Shown here in pieces: positions 1 through 12,554 of a stretch of 64,000 nt of DNA (positions are counted from its first letter, which is position 1; each line of letters begins with the position of its first letter). The position numbers were made by a program, and so were the translations under genes. The notes under the pieces are model-generated. The model searched no databases. It saw only the letters and a list, made by a program, of their open reading frames with translations, and was not told the DNA's origin. This stretch comes from Basidiobolus meristosporus CBS 931.73 (lineage: Eukaryota; Fungi; Basidiobolomycota), in contig MCFE01000366.1 of NCBI GenBank assembly GCA_002104905.1, forward strand, positions 1 through 64,000, given 5' to 3'.

Positions 1-2838
1 TGTTCTCACTCTGGATATATTCTGGTAATACCCCATCTGAGGAAGCTAATGCAATTTGACAAATATTGCAAAGCGATATAGTACTGCACTCAGTATCAAT
101 CAAGTACAAACATATCCAATATAGTTAATGGCAAGTATTACAAATAGCTAAGAAGCAAGGGCTACTTTGAAGGTATGTATTTCCATGCACTTGCCTTGGC
201 TCTTAATGGATTTGCATCAAACAAGTACTCTACCAGCAAATCCTGCTGGCCACTGAATCTCATCAATCTGAATCTGCTGCCCATCTTACAGTATAAGAGC
301 AATAATTGGAGGGTAGTCTCACAGGTATCTGGGCCTAAATCACTGTCCAACCTGGATAGCTACCAGTATCCACTGCTGGAAGAATTTTATATGCTTTCCA
401 GCAGGATAACAGTAAATGGCTGTCATGTAAAAGCACATATTTTCATCTGAATTGGGGATACCCCAGCCATCAGTGAGATAGCAGGTTTTGCACAATGTAT
501 TGTATTGCTGTCAAATGTGTGAGATCCAGGGGATTTACTCCATAACTCACACACATTATTATCACTCAAATACCAGCACTAAGAACATCATTTTCCTACA
601 GAGAGAACATACACAAGTCAGCATGCAACTGCAGCAAAGTAGGCAGGCTATAAGGCATTGGCTGGAATATGGAATCAATTGAAAACCAGAGATACTTAAG
701 ATACTGCATATTTGCTGGAGCAAAAGTTTTACACTGGGAGCAATGCATTTGCTTCTTGGCAATATCTCTATACTGATTACTCTAGCAGGGTTATGAAGCC
801 ATTCCTACCTAGAGTACATTGGAAGCATTGAGACTCATATGTGGACATTGTAGTAATATTTATCCAGAAGCAGATCACCAATGTCAATGCAACACATCTA
901 CAGCCATTGTGCAAGGAGTTTATAACAGGATTTGAACAGCTATACTACAAATAAAATGCTGAATGCTGTGGTATGGTAAACATACTTCCCACAGACAAGT
1001 TTATTTATACAGCTACTATGATGTACATATCCATATTTTATCTTATCACTATTATCCCATTCTTTTTTTGCCCACATTATTAGTATTATCCCCATATGAT
1101 GTTTACCCTGATTGATTATTAGCATTGATCATCCCTAATGTTGTTCAGCTTTGTGATCAGTATACACATCTACATTAGGAAAGTACCCATGTCAGCACCT
1201 GTGGAACCTGACCTAAGTCTGTGCTACCATCCCTACCATCTTGATACCATATATAGTATCTCTTTATTGCACAGGTTTCAGACTTCTGATCCCTGATTTG
1301 TGGCATGTGCTGTGTCTTTTAGAACCTTCCAGGACCTTCTTAGAGTATTTTTGACTCATAGTGATGTCATCAAGAAATCCACTGATGCCTGGAATTTTCT
1401 AGAACCTTGTCATAAGTAGTCACTTGGTAATTACAAAAAGTATTCAAGGGAAGTCAATCCCTCATCCATAAATCATCCCATCTATAAGTAACACTTCACC
1501 TTTATTGATTAGCAGCTGATTACTGCATCTACCTTTGATAGTTATACCTCAGACTTGCCATCAAGGAGCCTTCCAGGGTAGTGCACAAGACACACAGAAG
1601 TCTTTTGAGGCACTTGAAGTGCATAGGAAGCTAGAGAGGCAGGAGCTTTACCATTGTGACTTATTGACAACAACACCAGCAGTTTAGACCTAGTGGTTAT
1701 TTCACCCATCAGATACCTCACACACCTTGGGGTATGTAGCTTCTCCCAGGAGTACCTCTACACCCCCACAATGCATAGATCTCTGCCAATACTGCATCCA
1801 TTTTCTACTCCATTTTGCTTAGTGTGTGGAGAATCTTGGGCCTTGCTTCACCTTTGGGAGTTTCCAATGCAGCAGATGTAAGGGGAGATAGGGAGACAAG
1901 TGAAGTTGCAGGTACTACTATTTCCCAATCTCATCACCAATATTACCTTCCAGTCTGTCATGGATGTGATGAGTTGGCACATGGAGGACAGCCAGGAAGA
2001 GTTAGAAAACACTGAGGACAGATGTGCACATGGTGACACCTATGCCTATGGCATTAAGAAGCTAAGCAGCCCCAATGTGTGGGTAATCAGTCAAGTAATG
2101 CAAAGTTTGGCTGGGTGCAACATGCAACTAATTTTTATTAGTGAAGCTCTACCAAAGTATGCCAGGTTTCTCTTGGTCATAAGCCAACTTCCACACCATT
2201 CAATTTGGAATTCACACAAACAAGAGCCAGAGCGCACCTATAAGGAGAGTAGAATCCAGCAAGGAGAAGGAATATATTGGCCAAATACCAAAATATCTTT
2301 GCGGATATTCAGGAGGTATTCATGGCAGAGGTGTTGGCAACAAAGCATATCTTTGCATGATGTATATTTTACCAGCAGTATATGGTATATGGCCACTTTG
2401 CAAGTATTGCACTAATAAGCTGAATAGTTGAGGTGATATTAGTATGTCAATTGCAGCAGTTGTGCACATTTGTAGAGCTTAGTAAGCCACAGGCCATAGT
2501 GTTTTGATTCAAACTATTTGTGAAATACCCAAGGTAGTAGCAGATAAGCAAATACAGAGGGGTTGTTATATGGTGGAATATATGAGTTGCACAAGGAGAG
2601 GTAGAAAAAGGAAATACCATTTAGAAAATTGGTTTGGTAGCATTTTACAGAACAGGCTGTAGGCCACAATACTGCCATAACAATGCCATCCAAGACTTGC
2701 AATGAGGCTGTCAAAACGTCATCAAGTTCTTTGCCATAAAAGGCAATTGGATGTACTGGTTGGTTGGATCCATTCAACACTGTTGTAGAGTGCATGAAGA
2801 CCACCACAATGTCATGCTATTATTGCTACAGCACTAAC
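1..2838 (+). mobile_element. Decayed CACTA/En-Spm-like DNA transposon, copy A (Transposase_21/tnp2-like core plus DUF4218-like region), interrupted by a solo LTR and abutting the chromovirus LTR
   Basis: ORF 175-450 reads LALNGFASNKYSTSKSCWPLNLINLNLLPILQYKSNNWRVVSQVSGPKSLSNLDSYQYPLLEE, followed by GDTPAIS and CCQMCEIQG; 1771-1900 gives CIHFLLH...GPCFTFWEFPMQQM. It has many stops and is homologous to other copies in the window. Confidence 0.8.
967..1770 (+). mobile_element. Solo LTR (804 bp), Gypsy-type, 4-bp TSD
   Basis: Begins TGTGGT and ends CCCCACA, flanked by ATGC (963-966 and 1771-1774). Removing it restores the transposase frame. Homologous to 51445-52053. Confidence 0.9.
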
Positions 2839-3535
2839 TGTTGTATCCAAGAGAAAGTGTAATAAAACTCTTGAATGGTTTAACTGAGCCAAAGGGACAA
2901 TTAAGTGCAGAATCTTAGAATTGTCAGAGAGTGGCGGATATATTAGCAGAAAGATTCTGATCTAATATTGGTCTTGGATATAGCTGGGTTGGCTATAAAG
3001 ACAATGATATTTGTTTGCTAGGCAGGCTAGGCTTGGTGTTCTTTGGAGTGCTAGATATACTAGGCTTGGATAGAAACTAGAACGGAATTGTTGGATTCTT
3101 ATTTTTGCTGAGACAGAATCTTAATTTTGTCAAGACACACACTAAACCAAAAGTTTCAGTAAACCTTATTTATACTTTTCTGATCAAGTTGAATTAGTAA
3201 GTGCCAAGGGACTGGATGGATTGAAATCAATTTGGGTGTTCATAGGTGCATAAGATAAATGAAAATTACATCATCAATCAACTGATGTCTTGGCAACTGC
3301 ACAGTGGTTGGATAGATCTCAGATGACTAATCACCTGGGAAGGCTTGGCAGATAGGTTGATAACGTAATGACCATTTGAAAATAGATCAGGTGTGATAGC
3401 TAAAAATAGATTCTGAGGTGGGATAAAATAAACTGTAACTGGGATTTGTTATGTTTGGGTTAGGGAAAATCAGTTAGGGTACTAGATATCCAAACGGAGT
3501 AAAATTGGCTAAGTTTTAAATGTTGATGCACAACA
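2839..3535 (-). repeat. 3' LTR (697 bp) of the chromovirus
   Basis: TGTTG...CAACA termini; PPT immediately inside; TATAAATA on the minus strand at 3167-3174. Confidence 0.9.
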
Positions 3536-6500
3536 TCACTTCCTTCCAGAAGAGGAGTTTTTTGATTCCTTCTGGGTTCCTCTGCGGCTCCAATACTGTT
3601 CAATAATGGCAACACCATCAAAGTTGGTGTAAGGTTCCCAGGTGTTGTGTTTGGCATCATAGCCTTTCCACTTGACTAAATAAAAGCGATTTGGTTCTTC
3701 TCCATCATGGTCCACAATAGCTTCAACTTCATAGGATTCCAAAGTTACTGGGTCTTGAGAAATAAGTTTGAGTGAAGAAGGTGGAAAGTTTTTGGGTAGC
3801 AGTGCCCCAGTGTTATCCTGAAGTACATAAGATCCTCTAGTAGTGCGTCTGACAACCTTGAATGGTCCTTCATACTTGGGGTCAAGCTTGGATTGCCGGA
3901 TTGGATCTAGTGTCATGACATATGACCCATCTGGGAAGCTGCTGTTCCTGTGTCTTGAGGTGCACGTTGAAGTCATCTTTTGCTGAGAGGCCTTACTTCT
4001 GGCACTGATAGCAGTGTAGCCAATGTTGGTAAGGTACTCAAGCCGGTTCTTTAGCTTATCTGTATACAAACTTGCTAACTCTGTACTCTGGTAGTCTCCA
4101 AAGTGGTTGTATCTTCTTCCAAACATCAAGGATCATGGTGTTGATCCATGTAGAGCGGCAATTTTGGTGTTGATAGCATACTGTACAGTCGGAATGTACT
4201 TGTCCCAATTCTTCTTGATACCTTTGATAGATTTCCTGATGATGTTCACTGAGGTCTGAACATGTCTTTCAGCCAGTCCATTAGCTTTGGGATAATATGG
4301 AGTGATCAGACGGTGATCAATGGCGCTATTCTGGCAAAGGGCTTTGATCACGTGATTCACATATTCTGTTCCATTATCTGATTGAATGACCTTAGGGAAT
4401 CTAAAAAGGCAGAAGTGCTTGAATAGCACTTGTGCAATAGTGGCAGCATACTTGTCTGGGATAGCTATGAGGAAGACAAAACATGTGCAGACATCCACAA
4501 TTACAAAGAGGTAGTGATTACCATCATCACTAGTGGTGAAAGGTCCAGCTAGATCAATTGCAATATGATCCATAGGAAGGCTTGCATGGATGGGGCTCAA
4601 ATGGTGAAATTCATGGTGGCTGATATTCTAAAGTTGACATTCTCTGCATGACTTGACAAATTCTAAGCAGTCAACTTTGATATTTGTCCAGTGATATCCA
4701 TCAGAGTGTAGCTTCTTCATAAGTGTGTCAGCTCCAAAGTGGCCAAGTAAATGACTCCTCTGTATTAATGTTTTCCTTTGTTCTTCAGGTGGGATTTTCC
4801 AAGTTGCTGAATCCAGTTGAGGAATTGTTTTGGAAGTTGTAGAGAGTTTACTGATTACATCAGTAATCACATGTCCCTCCCAAGGTGAAGTTGGAAAAAG
4901 TCTTGACAGGTGGTCAAGAAGGATGTTGAGGATTCCTGGGCAATGAATAACTGTATATTCATAATCAAGTAGAGTATCAAGCCAGTTGGTGAGCATTGGA
5001 GTCAGAGTCTTCTGAGTGTGGATATAGACAAGGGCTTGGTGGTCAGTATACAAGGTAAAAGGATTACCCCATAGATACTGATGAAACTTCTTCAAGGCAA
5101 AGACTATGGCAAGTAGCTCCTTCTTGGTAGCAGAATAGTTTCTCTCAGCAGGTTGTAGGGACCTGGCTTGGAAAGAGATCCAGTGAGGCGGATTTTGGTC
5201 TTCATCTTGATAGAGGACTGCCCCTAACCCAACATTAGATGCATCCGTAGCAACAACAAAGGGCTTAGTAAAGTCTGGGTAGGATAAGGTGGGTGCTTGT
5301 GGAAGCAGTTGGCAGAGTGACTGAAAGGCTTGGTCATGAGTCTTGTTCCAGGCTGAGGTGAGATCAGGGCTATGGCGTAATGCATCTAAATGGGCACTCA
5401 ATGAGGACATGAGTGGTATGTGTTCCCTGAAATAGTTGAATACTCCAAGATAATGTTGAAGTTGCTTGGCACTAGTGGGTTTTGGCCATTCTGGGATATT
5501 GCCCAGTTTGAAAGGATCTAATTGGTGGCCAGCTGGTGTAACTATAAATCCAAGCAGATTGATTTTGAGGCGGGCAAAACTGCACTTTTCAGCATTGAGA
5601 GTCAGTCCAGCAGTTGCCAGTCTGTTGATTACATCAGTGACATGGGTTGCATGATCATCATGGTTAGTGGAAAAGATGATGACATCATCATCAAATACCA
5701 ATGCGTATGGTGCATTCTTGAGTATTATAGTCATTACTCTCTGAAACTTGCTGGTAAGTGTCTTTAGGCCAAAGGGAGCTCCCTGAAACATCCATTGCAT
5801 ATTATTCCAAGTAAAGGCAGTCTTATGCTGATGATCAGGATGGATCTGGAATTGGTGATATGCATCCTTTAAGTCCAACTTGGAGAATACTTTTGCTCCT
5901 GATAGTGCGGAAAAGATATCTTGGATTCTTGGAATTGGAAACTTGTCATCTTGGAGAAGCTTGTTCAGAGGTCTGGGGTCCAAACAGGGTCTCTTCAGGG
6001 TTAAATTTCCATCAGCATCTTTCTTTGGTGCAAGTGTCAAAGGGCTGTTGAATGTTGTGTTGACAGGGGCTTGAGTGATAATTCCATTGTCAGCCCATTT
6101 TTGGACTATCTCATCAACTAAGTGTTGACATGAATGTGGAATTGGGCATTGCCTCCTCCATGTTGACTCACCAGGTTGGGTCTCTAGTGTAACAATGGAT
6201 TCTGGGATGGTGCAGAAGCTGTTCCTTGGAATGGCCTGATTTCTCTCTATGGCCAGCTGAATATCCAATTTGACTGATTGAGAATATTCTTGAAAAGTTG
6301 GGGTTAACTTTTCTTCTTCCAGTTGGGATGAGATAATCTCTGGGATTTGATCCATTATGAGCGGCTGAGATTTAGTGATTCCTGGATAGGAAACTGGTAG
6401 TCCGCCTATGCAAAAGCCAAGTTTGGTGAAGGTGTCCAGACCAATGACTACCTGAGGTCCATCTGGTATGTCAATAACTTCCATCTGATGGATTATGGTT

Positions 6501-8020
6501 ACTGAGCCATAATGTATGTTGATTGGGTTGGTAATGCCAATTCTTGGGGCTGAGAGATCCTTAGCTGCAAGAATGATTTTTCCTGGTTGTTTTTCTATCT
6601 CCAAATTGAGTTCTCTGATTACATTGGGTGATACAATAGAGTTGGATGATCCATTATCCAGTAGTGCTACGTATGATTGGCCATTGAGGGTGAGTGGCAC
6701 TTCTATGGCTTTGAGCTGTGTGATTGGTTGCTTCTTTTCTTGAACAGTTGCAATTTTAGCTGGAAACTCAAAGAGGTTGTGATAATCTTGAACTGTAAGT
6801 TCTTCATATGCTTCTTCATACCCCATTGTATCACTGGCTCAATGGTCATCAAGGATCTGGGTAATTTTGGCTGATGGTGTGGAGTTCTTCTCAGGACAGG
6901 CAGGTGATCTATGTCCCATATTTCCACATATAAAGCACTTGTCATCAGCATATGGATTATCAGTTTTGGTGTTTTGCTGCTTTTCTGAGGTGTTTCCTGA
7001 CTTGTTTGACTGCTTGGTGATGCCTTTGCATTCACTAGTAGAATGATAGCATTTTCCATGAAGCTCACAGTGCTTGGTAGCGGTTGACTGCTTCTTGGTC
7101 ACATGACTGGTCTCTTTTCCGGCTGTTGTGGGATCTTGGGTTGAGTTGCCTGAAGTCAGGCTAACAGCTGCAGTCAAGGTGATTGCCAGTGTACATATCT
7201 CTGAGATCTGGTCATAGGTATGTGCAGGGTTGCTTACTTTGACAATAGCAATATTGCTCTGTAGCTGGTGTGAAAAGTTCAAAAGAAAATGAGCAGTAAG
7301 CAATGGATTATCATCACTAACTCCAGCTAATCTCATTTGTCTTTGGAATCTATCTCAGAAGTGTTGCACATATTCACCTTTTTGCATTTTAGTTTTCAAT
7401 AAGTTGCGGTACAGATGTGCTTTCTTGAGAGGATTGTCAAAATGGCTGCAAAAGAGGTTTTGGGCAATTTTCCACTTACTATTGGAAGGAATGCTCACTT
7501 CAACCCAGTCAGCATCTTGCATTGTGAGACAGAGAGGCAGAAGTCTAGCCCAGTTGGTGGCAGGGTCTAGCTTGTGTGCAGCTAAGACTTGACTAAACTT
7601 GTAAAGAAACTCAGTTGGATTCTTGATGGCATTGGTGCCTTCAGCATAAACAGGCAAGGATCTTGGGGCAACCACCAGGGCAGGTCTAGAAGAAGATGTA
7701 GATCTGGAGGATTCAAAGGCATGACTTCTTGGTGGCTTATGCAGAGCAAGGCTTGGTGGATTTTTAATGCTGTCAATTACTATGGCAATATTCTCCAGTG
7801 CTTCCTTAATTAATCCAATTTCATCTTGGTAACCGGATATAACTTCAAGGAGTTCATCTCTAAGGTGATTATCAGATCTTGTTTTGGCAAGCTTTGAGTG
7901 CTCAAGCAGCATGGTGTTTCTTTCAAGCATGATGTTTTCAAGCTGTTCAGTAAGTTCTTCCTGATTTCTTCTGGCTTCTTCTAACATGGAAAGGTTTGGA
8001 TTGCTTGCTGCTGCAGACAT
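3536..8020 (-). pseudogene. Single-frame gag-pol polyprotein (about 1495 codons) with four in-frame stops
   Basis: ORFs 7355-8020, 6839-7336, 4628-6826, 4133-4600 and 3536-4129 are all in one frame. Motifs: two Zn knuckles (CELHGKCYHSTSEC, CFICGNMGHRSPAC), protease LLDNGSS, RT LDLKDAYHQ and VFDDD, RNase H TDASNVGLGAVL, integrase IAIDLAGPF / IQSDNGTEY / GPF, chromodomain YEVEAIVDH...YLVKWKGY...NTWEP. Confidence 0.93.
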
Positions 8021-8060
8021 CTTCTAATTGGCTGAATGTAATGGAATTCAACAAAAAAAA

Positions 8061-8398
8061 TGTTGTATCCAAGAGAAAGTGTAATAAAACTCTTGAATGG
8101 TTTAACTGAACCAAAGGGACAATTAAGTGCAGAATCTTAGAATTGTCAGAGAGTGGCGGATATATTAGCAGAAAGATTCTGATCTAATATTGGTCTTGGA
8201 TATAGCTGGGTTGGCTATATAGACAATGATATTTGTTTGCTAGGCAGGCTAGGCTTGGTGTTCTTTGGAGTGCTAGATATACTAGGCTTGGATAGAAATT
8301 AGAACGGAATTGTTGGATTTTTATTTTTGCTGAGACAGAATCTAAATTATGTTGAAACACACACTAAACCAAAAGGTTTGGTAAACCCTATTTATATT
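8061..8398 (-). repeat. Truncated 5' LTR of the chromovirus (3' ~340 bp retained)
   Basis: Matches 2839-3175 with scattered substitutions; similarity stops just past the TATA box. Confidence 0.9.
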
Positions 8399-9938
8399 GT
8401 TGTTCCAGTTACTTGGTTGATATGTGCATCTGTTGTGTTGTATTATGATCAGTGTGGGGCTTGTTCTACAATGTAGAGGCTAATCAACAATATACAACAA
8501 CTTCCAGTATGCTAATACTGAAATAGTTTATTGGGAGTTTGATATAGTGATTGAAGATATATCTTTCACTAATTTCCTGAATCTTAGGCTCAAAATATAC
8601 TGTAGGCAGTGTTTATCACTTCTACAGCAGTGTTCTGACCTTCTGTTGACTAATCGGCTTATTTACTTTTATAGTAACTTTTCCTTATTTGGAAGTCACT
8701 TTCCTTTCTGAGAAGATATTTCCTAATATGGAAACTCTGAACTCCCCTTTAACCTAAAGGGGTGTGTTGTAGAAGTCTCTAAAGCGGTCTTAGACCTAAA
8801 GGGGTGTCTGAAGAGGTGTCTTTAAAGTAAAGGGGCTTCTCTAGAGTAAAGGGGCTTCTTAGAGGTGTCTCTGAAGGAGTCTTTAGACTTAAAGGGGTAT
8901 CTGAAGGGGTGTCTTTAGAGTAAAGGGGTTTCTTAGAGGGGACTTTTCCAACAGAAATGTAGTAGTTTCTTGTAGAACTTAGATTGGAATCTTGTGAGCT
9001 TTGCAGTCTCTTTACTGATGTAGTACCAATCAAAGTCTGAATACTCAACAGTGCAAGTGATGCAAGGGAAGTCTTATAACCTTTAAACTTGTAATTGTAG
9101 TGTGGAGATTCTGGAAAGAGAGGCTCTCTTTTATTTTACAGCTAGGGAAGTCATATATATGAAAATTTTGAAGGATCAAAGTTTTTGGGCAATTGCACAA
9201 GCAATGCATGTGATACAAAGCTAAAATTGCATAGTGGCACAGATTGGACATAGGCGCAGCACCTGTGAGAATTTCACGTGACTTGATTGGCTGGTTCAAA
9301 AGTTACACGTGATCAAAGTCATTATAGTAAACCTAGCAATAAGGCATGGTATATATAATAATTGGACTCTTTTGGTCATAACTCCTTAAGTACTGATTCA
9401 AACAAGCTGCAATATGAAACATGTGTTGGCTACTACATGTTCTGTATGACATAATATTCTTGGGTGGATTGCTTGTCAGGGTCTGGAGCATTTGTTCTTC
9501 AAAGTTGGAAATTCTTGATCTTTCACTTGTGTGTTACAATAGCAAAAAGCAAGATAAAGAAATGAGTGCAATATTGGTTTAGAGATGTTGTAGTAATGGA
9601 ATACCTTCCATTACCACACATCCTATCCACTAACAGCTCCATTTGCATAATTGATGGCCATTTTTCCAAATAATCCAATAAGCCACTGAGTGGCTCCACC
9701 AGTTCTAGGGTGATATACTGAGGCTTTTAAGTGTTTGATATGTTGCATTTCCAGGTAAGCTTCCAATGTTTATGCCATAAAGTTTGCTCCTCTGTTGGAT
9801 AGGATATCTACAAGGCATCCAAACCTCTTCAGGATCTTATGGTACATGAAACTTGCAACTTCTTAATCACTGGCTACTGGTACAGCTCTAGCTACTGTCC
9901 ATTTGATGGCATGGTAAACTGCCACTAGAATCCTACGG
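8399..9938 (-). mobile_element. Gypsy integrase fragment (same family as 31-35.7 kb) split by a solo LTR
   Basis: 9620-9930 closely matches the 31920-32240 integrase region; the short piece at 8399-8430 continues it on the other side of the solo LTR. Confidence 0.75.
8431..9618. mobile_element. Solo LTR (~1.19 kb) with an internal AAAGGGG-rich minisatellite, 4-bp TSD
   Basis: TGTTGTG...TTACCACA flanked by CATC/CATC. A near-identical-length homolog lies at 42505-43673 with its own TSD. Confidence 0.92.
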
Positions 9939-10635
9939 TGTAGTGGTGTCATAGTGACACCCATTGACAGATGTGCTTATTCCCATATTTTCTACTTCCC
10001 TATTTGTCTACTACCCTGATTTTGGTTTTATCCCATTGGTCTTACTTGATTGGTACTATCTCATAAGCTGGCTGACTTTCACACCTGCTTACCTTATTGC
10101 ATAAGTTATCTCTCACTTTATGTAAGATCACCTGATGTAAGTCCTTCTGTATTAGGCAGGTACCCTTACTAGTGCCCATAACACATGACCAAACTGTGTC
10201 ACTATCCTCACTATTTCCATATCATATAAGGTACCCCTATGTTACACAGGTTTTATAATACTCATTCTAATTGGTTGAGTGTTCTCTACCTCTTAGAGAC
10301 TTCCGGTATAGTGGGGTTACAGTGATACCCACTGGCAGATGTACTTACTCACATATTTTCTACTTCCCTATTTTTCTAATGCCTTTATATTAGTTTTATC
10401 CCATTTGTCTAACTTGATCAGTACTATCCCATAAGCTAGCTGACTTTCTCACCTGCTTACCTTATTGTATAAGCAATCCCCCTCATTATGTAAGATTACT
10501 TGCTATAAGTGCTTCTATATTAAGCAAGTACCTGTGCTAGTACCCATGACACATGACCAATCCATATTACTTTCCCTACCATTTCTATGCCATGTATGGT
10601 ATCCCTATGTTGCATAGGTCTCAGGGTACTGATTC
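9939..10635 (+). repeat. Two tandem partial LTRs (5' ends) of the family at 15673-16690 and 24684-25735
   Basis: Starts TGTAGTGGTGTC at 9939 and TATAGTGGGGTT at 10307 (period ~368 bp); both match the reverse complement of 25360-25735. Confidence 0.8.
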
Positions 10636-10701
10636 ACGGTCACCAATTAATATTGATACACATATGTGGGACTACAAATGCAAAGACTGGATGAACTAGA
10701 T

Positions 10702-11434
10702 AGACTTGTTGCGTTGGATAGTGCCACATTGAGCCATGAGTGCCAAATGATGCCATAGTGTGCCAAGGAGGCCAAATGAGCCTATACTTGGCCACAGAGT
10801 GTGAAACAGAGCTCTGCATCTTCATGCAAAGCTGCCCCTGTGTTTCACTCATTGTGTTGGAGAAAATCCATATTTTCACCTTTTTTTTAGGTCAATGTTG
10901 TGCAGGATGTGTAAGAGCACAAAAGGATTGAAGACATGCATCAGGTACTCAATACCCATGGCACTCTGAATCTAGCTCCTGTGGCTTGTAGCATGTCACA
11001 AAAATGCATGGCACTATCTTGGTCCACTGGTACTATCTGGCACTATAATTGCTTTGTATAGATCTTACTTTAGGGCTAATAATTGGATATAGTGCCCGAT
11101 AGTACCAGTGGACCAAGATAGTGCCATGCATTTTTGTGACATGCTACAAGCCACAGGAGCTAGATTCAGAGTGCCTTGGGTATTGCGTACCTGATGCATG
11201 TCTTCAGCTCTTCTGTGCTCTTACAGATTCTGCACAACATTGATCCACAAAAAAACATCAAAAAAAAGATTTTCTTCTACATCATAGGTGAAACACAGGG
11301 GCTGCTTTGCATGAAGAAGCAGAGCTCTGTTTCACACTCTGTGGCCAAGTATAGGTTCACTTGGCCTCTCTGCCACACTATGGCATCATTTGGCACTCAT
11401 GGCTCAATGTGGCACTATCCAACGGAACAAGTCT
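10702..11434. mobile_element. Foldback MITE (733 bp), ~346-bp inverted arms with a 40-bp spacer, 3-bp TSD GAT
   Basis: AGACTTGTT...AACAAGTCT termini; arms 10702-11047 and 11088-11434. The empty-site sequence GAACT(G/A)GATATGTATT is seen in the homologous transposase copy near 49190. Confidence 0.92.
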
Positions 11435-12200
11435 GATATGTATTCATTCAAGTGATGTTCTGAAGCCATTCCTACCAAGTGTACATTGGGAGCATTGGGA
11501 GTCATATGAAGACATTGTAGGAATATTGATCCAGAAGCAGATCACCTATGTCAACTTGACGCTTCTACAGCCCTTGGGCAAGGAGTTTCTGATGGGATTT
11601 GAGCAGCTCTGCTACAAACAAAGAACTGAATATGTAGATCTCTGCTGCTACTGTATCCATTCTCCAAACTATCTTGCACAGTATGTGGAGACTATTGGGC
11701 CTTGCTTCACCTTTTGGGAGTTTTCAATGAAGCAGATGTGTGGACAGATAGAAAGATGAGTCAAGTTTCAGGTATCACCATATCTCAATCTCATCAAGAA
11801 TAATACCTTCAAATCTGTCATGGATGTGATGAGTTGGCACATGGAGAACAGCCCGAAAGAATTGGAAAATACTGGGGACAAATGTGCACATGGAGACAAC
11901 CATGCCTATAGCATTGAGAAGCTAAGCAGCCCCAATGAGTGGGTAATCAGTTAGGTAATGCAGAGTTGGGTTAAGTGCAATAAGCAACTAACTTTTATAA
12001 GGAAAACTCTACCAAGGTATGCCAGATTTCTCCTGGTCACAAGTCAACTTCCACATCATTCAATTTGGAATTCATGCAAACAAGAGCCAGAGTGCACCTA
12101 TAAGGGGGACCAGAATCTAGCAGAGAGAAGGAATATATTGGCTAAGAACCAACAAGTTTGTTGCAGATATTCAGGAGGTATTCATGGCATAAGTGATGGC

Positions 12201-12554
12201 TGTTGAAATATCAAGCTATTTGGTATCAATTAGCAGCTAAAAATTTACTTAACAATTGTAGACTAGTCTAGGTCACTTTAGGACTTATTTGCAGCCCCAA
12301 CTTTGCCAGTTTCTTAGCATCTATGATCCAATCATTATTTCCCCATACTGAAGATTAAATTAACACTTTTTACCAAGAACTCTGTACTAACCCTAAAACT
12401 GTTACAGAATGCTGCTGAATGTCAAGAAACCATCTTTACTTGGTGTTACAGCTGTATTACTTTTATAAAGGTATAAATACTGATCCTCCTTATAAATAAA
12501 CATCAGTTCAACTACTAAGTTCCTTATATCCAAATTACTTCTTAAATTGCAACA
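12201..12554 (+). mobile_element. Solo LTR (354 bp), diverged relative of the Copia LTRs at 19139 and 23810, opposite orientation
   Basis: TGTTGAAA...TTGCAACA, flanked by ATGGC/GTGGC (5-bp TSD with one mismatch); reverse-complement similarity to 19139-19508. Confidence 0.85.

Larger units (their letters stand above)
2839..8398 (-). mobile_element. Chromoviral Ty3/Gypsy LTR retrotransposon with complete 3' LTR and truncated 5' LTR
   Basis: Direct repeats start TGTTGTATCC at 2839 and 8061. Internal gag-PR-RT-RH-IN-chromodomain is on the minus strand, and a PPT (GGAAGGAAGTGA) abuts the 3' LTR. Confidence 0.95.

Noticed and set aside
8745-8945. Repeated AAAGGGG units as a CRISPR-like array
   Set aside because: The units are short, degenerate and lack unique spacers. 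They lie inside a eukaryotic LTR and there are no cas genes.
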